DNA of 32,000 bases from Desulfotalea psychrophila LSv54 (lineage in GTDB: Bacteria > Desulfobacterota > Desulfobulbia > Desulfobulbales > Desulfocapsaceae), in assembly GCF_000025945.1 (NCBI RefSeq), contig NC_006138.1, positions 3,060,001 to 3,092,000 of the forward strand. Direction: 5' to 3'. Positions 10,371-16,426 of the stretch are shown piece by piece. Below the pieces are notes generated by a model. That model was not told the DNA's origin and ran no database searches. It saw only the letters and a list, made by a program, of their open reading frames with translations. Made by a program: the position numbers and the translations under genes. How positions within the stretch are numbered: position 1 is the stretch's first letter; every line of letters begins with the position of its first letter.

Positions 10371-10637
10371 TCATCTGCCATCTACAACAGGAACAAGCAA
10401 AGCAATTACATAAAGATCTCCTTCACTTCTAAGAGAATGCATTGTTCCAGCAGGGGCAATAAAAGATTCTCCTACATTCAATTCTACTTCTCCATCTTCT
10501 AAAACTCCAAAGCCGGAGCCTTTTATACAATAAAATATTTCATCCTGTTTCGCGTGTTTATGCAGAGGAACTTTTTTTTCTGAGGGGATATGATATACAT
10601 TTTCCACAATAGACTCTTTAATAGAATTCAAATCCAT
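10371..10637 (-). CDS. Cupin-domain protein (small, single domain)
   Basis: Cupin motifs PLHKHAKQDEIFYCIKGSG and APAGTMHSL. I prefer the ATG at 10637 (MDLNSIK), with a perfect AAGGAG 7 nt upstream, over the listed start at 10679. Confidence 0.75.
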   Translation of the reverse strand: MDLNSIKESIVENVYHIPSEKKVPLHKHAKQDEIFYCIKGSGFGVLEDGEVELNVGESFIAPAGTMHSLRSEGDLYVIALLVPVVDGR

Positions 10638-10892
10638 ATTCTTACTCCTTAGTTGTTTGATTACACGTTGATACCACAAAATTTTATGAAGTTTACTAAC
10701 GTGTTAAATCCATTTTAGATTATTTTATCCTAGCTACCTTACTACAGATAAACTCGTCCACTTATCTTCCTGGCATGGGGTGTTTTTATTTGCAGGAACG
10801 CTCTTTACATGGCAAGGATAACACTATAGGCGTTATGATCAAGTACGCACTATTTTGTGCTATAGTATCAAAAAGGAAACTTAGAGGATAAA

Positions 10893-11216
10893 ATGATAAT
10901 AAAAAGCCCCTGCCCAGTAACAACAACTCTTTCTGTCATCGGTGGGAAATGGAAACTCATTATTTTATATATTATCAGAGACGAGAAGAAGCGATTCGGG
11001 GAAATAAAAAAAATCATTCCAGCCATTACCCAAAAAATGTTGACCAAACAACTCCGGGAATTAGAATGTGACGGAATAATACATCGAAAAGTATATCCTG
11101 TTGTACCGCCCAAAGTAGAGTATTCACTGACGAAACATGGCCATTCACTGACACCAATAGTAGATGCAATGGCTATATGGGGTGAGGCTCATAGTCAATT
11201 TGGCCCTGAAAAGTAA
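10893..11216 (+). CDS. HxlR-family winged-helix transcriptional regulator
   Basis: [65 protein letters not shown] is the canonical HxlR pattern. The gene is divergent from the cupin gene. Confidence 0.9.
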   Translation: MIIKSPCPVTTTLSVIGGKWKLIILYIIRDEKKRFGEIKKIIPAITQKMLTKQLRELECDGIIHRKVYPVVPPKVEYSLTKHGHSLTPIVDAMAIWGEAHSQFGPEK

Positions 11217-11242
11217 CAGTAGGGTCAATATAGGAAATCTCT

Positions 11243-11499
11243 CTATGGGTCGAATGGCCCCAGCACAATAGAAAAATCATATATACAAAAATTCTGCCCT
11301 GAGCCGCCCCAGCCCCTTCTCTCCACATTGGCATGGCCGCTGATGATCAAACCGACCTGCCCATGGATCAGGGCAAGCAGGTAGTTCGTAAGTCCAGGGG
11401 TAACATCAGTATCGGCAATGGTCTGACAGGGGTCCGAACGGACAAGGCGATTATTGCAACGCCAGATTACCGATGAAGGTGGCCAAACAGTGACGTCAT
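11243..11499 (-). pseudogene. Truncated, frameshifted remnant of an Old Yellow Enzyme (YqjM-type NADH:flavin oxidoreductase) N-terminus
   Basis: The minus-strand frame reads ..NNRLVRSDPCQTIADTDVTPGLTNYLLALIHGQVGLIISGHANVERRGWGGSGQNFCIYD... B. subtilis YqjM (from memory) reads KNRIVMSPMC....[32 protein letters not shown]..LGIW. The ATG (11497..11499) overlaps the TAA of the upstream gene (TAATG) but is in another frame (MTSLFGHLHR*). The reading frame ends at 11243, only about 85 codons in, whereas this family runs to more than 330. Confidence 0.6.
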
Positions 11500-12155
11500 T
11501 AGTTCAAGCCCTTAATTTTTTTTAGGGCGAGCAGAGTCTCTTCAGGCTCCGTACGGTAAGAGTAATCGGGGTTGACATCAACCGAGGCAATGACACCATC
11601 CTGATCGATAAGATAGCGGGCAGGCATGGCCAAAGTCCAGGAGTCGTCTCCGTTGAGACGTTCCAGATCCACCTCAAAGGAGCGATAAATCTCCTTGAGA
11701 TCTTCAGGGATGGGGTAAACAAGACCGAAGAGTCCGGCTACCCTGTTGCCGGTGTCGGTAAGGATTTCAAAACCAAGTTCCGAGTCCCGGACAATTTGCC
11801 GACTAAAGGGCTGCCTCTGGGGAGAGATGGCCAGAATGGTTGCTCCCTCCAATTTAATTTGCGGAAGGACCCCGTTCAGAGCTTCCAGCTCTGCAAGGCA
11901 GTAAGGTCACCACTGTCCTCGGAAAAAGGTGAGCACAAGAGGCCCCTTCTCCAAATAGGAGGAGAGGGGGATAGCGTTGCCAGTAGTATCGGCAAGGGTG
12001 AAATCTGGCACCTGATCTCCAACCTTCAGCACCTTGCCGAGGATACCGGAGTGCTTCAGATCTTCATTGACTCGGTGCATGATCTTAATCACCTCTACAG
12101 ATGCACTCTCTGCGAACTCGGTGCGGATGGCGTCAAGTTTGTCTTGTAGTTTCAT
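11499..12155 (-). CDS. Peroxiredoxin-like (AhpC/TSA thioredoxin-fold) selenoprotein; the TGA at 11907..11909 is read as selenocysteine (W-U-P-Y-C)
   Basis: The two listed ORFs are in the same frame (657 nt = 219 codons) and are separated only by TGA. Read-through gives ..GPLVLTFFRGQW-U-PYCLAELEAL..ILAISPQ.., which matches the WCPYC active site of the roughly 215-aa peroxiredoxin-like family. GAGGA Shine-Dalgarno sequence upstream of the ATG at 12155. Confidence 0.8.
11877..11893 (-). promoter_or_regulatory. SECIS-like hairpin downstream of the in-frame UGA
   Basis: On the minus-strand RNA, UGA is followed by 13 nt and then CAGAGC-UGGAA-GCUCUG, a perfect 6-bp stem with a G-containing apical loop that starts 19 nt after the UGA. 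Confidence 0.5.
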
Positions 12156-12424
12156 GGAACTGTCCTCTGCTTAAGAGTTAGTCTAATCTCTTCTCAACTG
12201 GCTTCGCCAGAATGGCACGGCCGAGACAAGCCAAAGAATCCCCCTACTGTGCTCATTGCCCAGAATCCAGCTGGTCATCTCGTTCTCTTTCAGTATACCT
12301 CCCCCATGATATCACGATGTCCCTGCAGGCTCAAATCCAGGCCGAGGAGAGACCGTTAGCAAAGGCAAGCATCCTCTCTGAGAGAGAATACCTGCTCTAA
12401 TGCTGAACAGCTATCCTGAAGCGA

Positions 12425-13006
12425 TCATCGCCTTACACTTACCATGGCCAGACCAACCACCTCGTCAATGGATGGCCGATCGGCGCCGCCCTTGACCATA
12501 ACAAGCACGCCAACCAAGAGGGCAAAAAGGTAGTTTGTCAGGCCCTTAATATGCTTCTCTTTGGGGATATGCCCCTGGACCTGAGCGGCGCGGAGGCAGA
12601 GCTCAAAATCAGCCTTTTGCAAATCCCAGTGGTACTCTAACAGCTTTAGGGCCATCTCACCAAGCTGCGACCTCTCAACCACCGTGGTGACCAACAGACA
12701 ACCATTGCCGCTTCTTGCGTAGGCATAATCAAGCCGATAACGAAAGAACTCCTCGATATTTGCCAGACCCAGGGGCTGGCGACGCAGCACATGCCCCCCC
12801 CCCTGATCAATGGCCCGGACATAATTATCAAGACATTCACTAAAAAGACCATCTTTACTACCGAACTCCTGATACATGCTATGCTTATTAAGCTTGGTCG
12901 CCTTAACCAAGTCATTAACAGAGGCCCCTTTATAACCCTTATCCAGAAACTCTAAGGTAGCTGCGTCCAGAACTTTCTGGGTATCATACTCTTTATGTCT
13001 ACCCAT
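12425..13006 (-). CDS. TetR/AcrR-family transcriptional regulator
   Basis: N-terminal HTH: FLDKGYKGASVNDLVKATKLNKHSMYQEFGSKDGLF. I prefer the ATG at 13006 (MGRHKEY), preceded by GAGGAGGAGAG, over the listed TTG at 13024. Confidence 0.9.
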   Translation of the reverse strand: MGRHKEYDTQKVLDAATLEFLDKGYKGASVNDLVKATKLNKHSMYQEFGSKDGLFSECLDNYVRAIDQGGGHVLRRQPLGLANIEEFFRYRLDYAYARSGNGCLLVTTVVERSQLGEMALKLLEYHWDLQKADFELCLRAAQVQGHIPKEKHIKGLTNYLFALLVGVLVMVKGGADRPSIDEVVGLAMVSVRR

Positions 13007-13025
13007 CTCTCTCCTCCTCTTCAAC

Positions 13026-13040
13026 TGTCACTATATGACA
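13026..13040. promoter_or_regulatory. Palindromic operator candidate upstream of the TetR gene
   Basis: TGTCA-CTATA-TGACA lies 20 nt upstream of the preferred TetR start codon, a typical position for TetR autoregulation. Confidence 0.35.
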
Positions 13041-13095
13041 AAAGGTCCTTCTAACATGAAAAATTAAAGGGCTAAAAAATCACCCTCTGGCAACG

Positions 13096-14175
13096 CTAAT
13101 CCCGCTCAGCGCCACAGTGCTGGCAGTGAGGCAGAAGGGCATGACGAATCTTATGGCAAACCGGACACTCCTCATGAAGGCAGGTACCGCAGGCAGGACA
13201 GGTATATGCCTCATCCTCACCGAGGTACTCCCTCTGCAGGGCTACCTTACCCACTGTCCTTCGGGTCCAGTAGAGAAACTTACGGGGCCCGCGCCGGATG
13301 GGATACTCACAGACCGGACAGAGAAAACATTCATAGGCCTCTCGATACTGTTTTGTCAACCACTGTGCCTTAGGAAAGGCCACCACCCTGATAAAGTGGA
13401 TAAGGAGTCTGGCCACCGCAATAAGGAGAACGCCGATGAGAATATACTTAAAATATTTTTTAGGGAAATACTCATGGATGACCAGGGTGACCTTGAGCAG
13501 GGTCGCTCCCCCGAAGGCGAAAAAAAGTGGGAAATAGATACTTCCACGTTTTTTAAGGATCAAAATGGCGGCCAGAACGAGAAGAGGAAGGAGGATAAGG
13601 AGTTGCAGAGCCGCAAGCTTCAACCTATGGGCCCGATTGAGCCTATTATACTCTGCCCGAGCGGGTTTGCGTTGCTTATCCAGGCTCTGTTCCAGGGCCC
13701 TCTTCTCCCCTTCAAGCCCTTGCTTTTCGGCCATCAACTTCGACAGCTCCGTACTAAAGCCCTGATAGTTTTCCTGACTCTGGAGAAATTTGCTCAGGGT
13801 GGTTGAGAGATCACTCTGCTCCGTATCCGGCAGGGCAACTCCCTTCTGAATGCTCAGTTTCTGCAGCTCAATAAGCTGCTGGATGGTCTGCTGAAGGTTC
13901 TGGGAGCTATCGCCGACAACCCGCTGATCCTCCTTCATGCTGACAATCCGCCGGCCCAGATCGGTTATCTCCCCCTTAAGGGTTGTGCTCTTCCCCACCA
14001 GAGCAGAATCTATATGCTGTTTCTCAATCTCCACATAACGCGGCCCCCTGATGGACTTGATATCCTGCACCAGAAAACCAAGAGACCAGAAGATCAGAAC
14101 GGCCAGACTCAGGGTAAAAAAATGGGTGGCAAAACGATTTATCCACGGCCCCTTGGGCTTCTGTTCACTCTTCAT
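13096..14175 (-). CDS. Hypothetical 4-TM membrane protein with a roughly 150-aa coiled-coil loop and a C-terminal Cys-rich double zinc-ribbon-like tail
   Basis: TM1 is FATHFFTLSLAVLIFWSLGFLV. A heptad-like Q/L/E/K-rich segment follows, then three more hydrophobic segments. The tail carries CFLCPVC, CPACGTC, CPVC and CQHC. No family recognised. Confidence 0.7.
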   Translation of the reverse strand: MKSEQKPKGPWINRFATHFFTLSLAVLIFWSLGFLVQDIKSIRGPRYVEIEKQHIDSALVGKSTTLKGEITDLGRRIVSMKEDQRVVGDSSQNLQQTIQQLIELQKLSIQKGVALPDTEQSDLSTTLSKFLQSQENYQGFSTELSKLMAEKQGLEGEKRALEQSLDKQRKPARAEYNRLNRAHRLKLAALQLLILLPLLVLAAILILKKRGSIYFPLFFAFGGATLLKVTLVIHEYFPKKYFKYILIGVLLIAVARLLIHFIRVVAFPKAQWLTKQYREAYECFLCPVCEYPIRRGPRKFLYWTRRTVGKVALQREYLGEDEAYTCPACGTCLHEECPVCHKIRHALLPHCQHCGAERD

Positions 14176-14229
14176 CCCTCATCCCCTCTTCTATGTTTTG
14201 TTGATTGATCTGGTGATCCTGCCGTTTAA

Positions 14230-14335
14230 CACCGATTTTGCAATAGGCTTTGATGGGCACGCTCCGCTTCGCCACTTCGCCACTTCGCTACCGCTTCGCT
14301 GTTGCCCATCCTACGGGCTGTGCCCATAAGGAGGG
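14230..14335. repeat. REP/MITE-like structured intergenic repeat, copy A (full length, with a 33-nt internal degenerate 8-mer tandem insert at 14270..14302)
   Basis: It shares a 19-mer, CACCGATTTTGCAATAGGC, with copy B. It shares a 25-mer, AGGCTTTGATGGGCACGCTCCGCTT, plus TGCCCATCCTACNGNCTGTGCCCANAAGGAGG (29 of 32 positions) with copy C. Confidence 0.8.
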
Positions 14336-14357
14336 CGTAGAATCGTGCTAATCCAGG

Positions 14358-14981
14358 CTAGTTAAACTCTACCATAATCTGATATACCTGTGGATTCAGT
14401 CTCTGCATATATTTATTGTCCGAGGAGAATCCCCCATCTCCCATGATCTGCCTGTAATCCTCCCCATCCCTATCTCCTGTGGCGCGGAGCCTGATAATTA
14501 CCCGATTTGCAGTCCCGCCAAATGCCTGCTCAAGAAGACCACTTTTCCAGGAAAGCACCGTTCCACCATAATCCCAGCCAAATCCTGCCAGCTTAAATGG
14601 CCTGCCATTCAGCTCTTCTATCTCCTGCAGACTGCTACCCATGGCGATGCCGTGGACTGATCTCCATAGACGGCCATTAAGAGTTAGCCGAGCCGGAGCC
14701 GTCTGTCCCTGATCTTGCCAGAGTATCTCGACAGAGTCACCGGAGTCGGCAAAGAGAACCTCTGTGCCTGTCTCATACATACCCTCCCCCAGGCTTATGG
14801 GCGTATCCTTAACGGCCTCCTCTCCATAGATCCTTATCAGGTCAGACCTACCTGTCTGAGGCCCTATCTCCCCAACCTGATCCTTTGAGAAGAGAAAATT
14901 TCCTGCCAGGGCCGGGGCGGAGCAGAGGAGGATCAATAAAAGAGAGATTAAAAGAGATCTGCGGTGGATAGTTCCTAGCAT
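14358..14981 (-). CDS. Hypothetical secreted protein
   Basis: 207-aa ORF with a signal-peptide-like N-terminus (RRSLLISLLLILLCSAPALAG) and an AAAGGA Shine-Dalgarno sequence. No family recognised. A decayed copy of its 5' end lies at 15285..15429. Confidence 0.7.
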   Translation of the reverse strand: MLGTIHRRSLLISLLLILLCSAPALAGNFLFSKDQVGEIGPQTGRSDLIRIYGEEAVKDTPISLGEGMYETGTEVLFADSGDSVEILWQDQGQTAPARLTLNGRLWRSVHGIAMGSSLQEIEELNGRPFKLAGFGWDYGGTVLSWKSGLLEQAFGGTANRVIIRLRATGDRDGEDYRQIMGDGGFSSDNKYMQRLNPQVYQIMVEFN

Positions 14982-15067
14982 GTTTTTCCTTTATGTGATT
15001 TATGATTTTTTGAGATTATATTAAATTGGTGGTTCAAGGGTCTGGCTTGGCAAAATGGCGGGATTAC

Positions 15068-15135
15068 CACCGATTTTGCAATAGGCATTGATGTAGGCTG
15101 GGCAGCAGTGCAACGGCGAAGCGGAGTGTGCCCAT
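15068..15135. repeat. REP/MITE-like repeat, copy B (left arm direct, GC-rich core inverted)
   Basis: CACCGATTTTGCAATAGGCATTGATG is followed by GGCGAAGCGGAGTGTGCCC. That core is the reverse complement of the GGGCACGCTCCGCTTCGCC core of copy A, with one mismatch. Confidence 0.75.
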
Positions 15136-15223
15136 CTTCTGCTCATCGCCAAGACAGACTTATTTTTTGAATTTTAACAAAAATAGTCTGCGCCCTTTTC
15201 AACAACACCTTAGCAGATCGGCA

Positions 15224-15279
15224 GGCTTTGATGGGCACGCTCCGCTTTGCCCATCCTACAGACTGTGCCCACAAGGAGG
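15224..15279. repeat. REP/MITE-like repeat, copy C (lacks the left arm and the tandem insert)
   Basis: GGCTTTGATGGGCACGCTCCGCTTTGCCCATCCTACAGACTGTGCCCACAAGGAGG. Its internal complementary arms are GATGGGCA/TGCCCATC and GGGCAC/GTGCCC. Confidence 0.8.
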
Positions 15280-15284
15280 AATCT

Positions 15285-15429
15285 CTCATCAAACCATCCC
15301 TGCCCGCCTGAACTACCATCTCACCCGCCTAATCTTTTGAAGAAAGAAAATCACCTGCCGAGGCAGAGGACAGAGAAGAAAAACAGGGAGAAATATTAAA
15401 ATAAATATGCGGTGCGCAGTTCCTCACAT
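15285..15429 (-). pseudogene. Decayed partial duplicate of the 5' end (signal-peptide region) of the 14358..14981 gene
   Basis: Nucleotides 15331..15435 align with 14881..14985, for example CTTTTGAAGAAAGAAAATCACCTGCC against CTTTGAGAAGAGAAAATTTCCTGCC, and GCGGTGCGCAGTTCCTCACAT against GCGGTGGATAGTTCCTAGCAT. The second codon is TGA (M*GTAHRIFILIFLPVFLLC against MLGTIHRRSLLISLLLILLC). Confidence 0.6.
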
Positions 15430-15514
15430 TTTTTAGTAGCGTTGTATCTGAGGGTATATACCCACAGGTTGAGCAATTCTTGAATAGCATTTTGTAGTGC
15501 AATTAGTATATTTT

Positions 15515-16426
15515 CTATTTAAGAAACCCATAGAATTTACTAATAGATGACGCAAGAAGGCTGCCTGCTACACCCACATTTATATCCCACGCAGTTGTAC
15601 CCGTTTTAGAAATCATTTTTTTTACCCAAGTTGACACATTGCTACCGAAATTTCTTATTTTATGTTCTTCACAATCCTTGTCTAAGACTATAGCATCATT
15701 TAATTCATTTATATCTTTAGTACTTACACCATTTTCTCTAAGCAATGACTTCAAAGATTCTAAATCTTTTTTACTAACAACGTTGTTTATATTTTGCGAA
15801 TTAGAATTACCTACAACTATTGTAGTATTATCGCCAAATACTGCGTTATTAAATAGCTCGGACACACCAACCTCCTTTGACCTTGTTTTCATAGATTGAG
15901 AATCTAACTCTTCCGTAAAATTTTCAGAAACATCAAGCATAAACCCAAGCAGCCTCGAGGTCACCTCAGTTATAATTTGAGTCATTGCACCAGCTGAATA
16001 ACACCCCCAAGCTGATTCCACATAGAATTTGTCAGCCAGCCCGTTAGCTATATAACTATACATTTCAGGGGCTATTGTCATTTTAATATCACTTCCCCTA
16101 GAATACTCCTCTACAACAGCAATACTTTTTGTCATGTATGCTGTTTCAATTTTATCTCTGAGGTCATCTTCTAAATGCAAAGTTGGAAGAATATGATTTG
16201 TGGCTCGACAAAAACCATTACTGATATTGCCTTGTACTGTTAATCGCAGAATTCTATATTCAGGTAGCAAATCTTTGTTTGGATATCCTTGAAGCTCCCC
16301 GTTTACCCATTCAAGTAATTTTTTCTCTCCAAGTTTATGAAGCAACACTTTTGTTTTTAGCAAAGCCCCTGACAAATTAGACTCACCTGAGCTAAGCAAT
16401 TCAATTATATCTTCAATTATTTTCAT
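15515..16426 (-). CDS. AbiTii-domain-like protein (putative abortive-infection / anti-phage protein) on an AT-rich insert
   Basis: The N-terminus, IIELLSSGESNLSGALLKTKVLLHKLGEKKLLEWVNGELQGYPNKDLLPEYR, matches the pattern I associate with Pfam AbiTii (..LLrKakvLA.rLg...l..Wv..ELnGY....lPdYR). It also has a mid-protein Asn/Ser-rich stretch and a C-terminal G/S-rich hydrophobic helix, GVAGSLLASSISKFYGFL. The gene is clearly more AT-rich than its neighbours by eye. No obvious Shine-Dalgarno sequence. Confidence 0.65.
   Translation of the reverse strand: MKIIEDIIELLSSGESNLSGALLKTKVLLHKLGEKKLLEWVNGELQGYPNKDLLPEYRILRLTVQGNISNGFCRATNHILPTLHLEDDLRDKIETAYMTKSIAVVEEYSRGSDIKMTIAPEMYSYIANGLADKFYVESAWGCYSAGAMTQIITEVTSRLLGFMLDVSENFTEELDSQSMKTRSKEVGVSELFNNAVFGDNTTIVVGNSNSQNINNVVSKKDLESLKSLLRENGVSTKDINELNDAIVLDKDCEEHKIRNFGSNVSTWVKKMISKTGTTAWDINVGVAGSLLASSISKFYGFLK

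Noticed and set aside
12212-12400. A 62-codon plus-strand ORF in the TetR/Prx-like spacer.
   Set aside because: It has no Shine-Dalgarno sequence and no motifs, and it runs opposite to the flanking operon direction. It is probably spurious.
13117-13806. Long antisense ORFs. This one is 229 aa. Others are 8441..9082, 19535..20188, 1083..1661, 26373..26891 and 20668..21003.
   Set aside because: Each lies entirely opposite a longer ORF that has clear family motifs or a clear domain architecture. Their translations are low-complexity or Arg/Pro/Gly-rich with no motifs. They are typical shadow ORFs.
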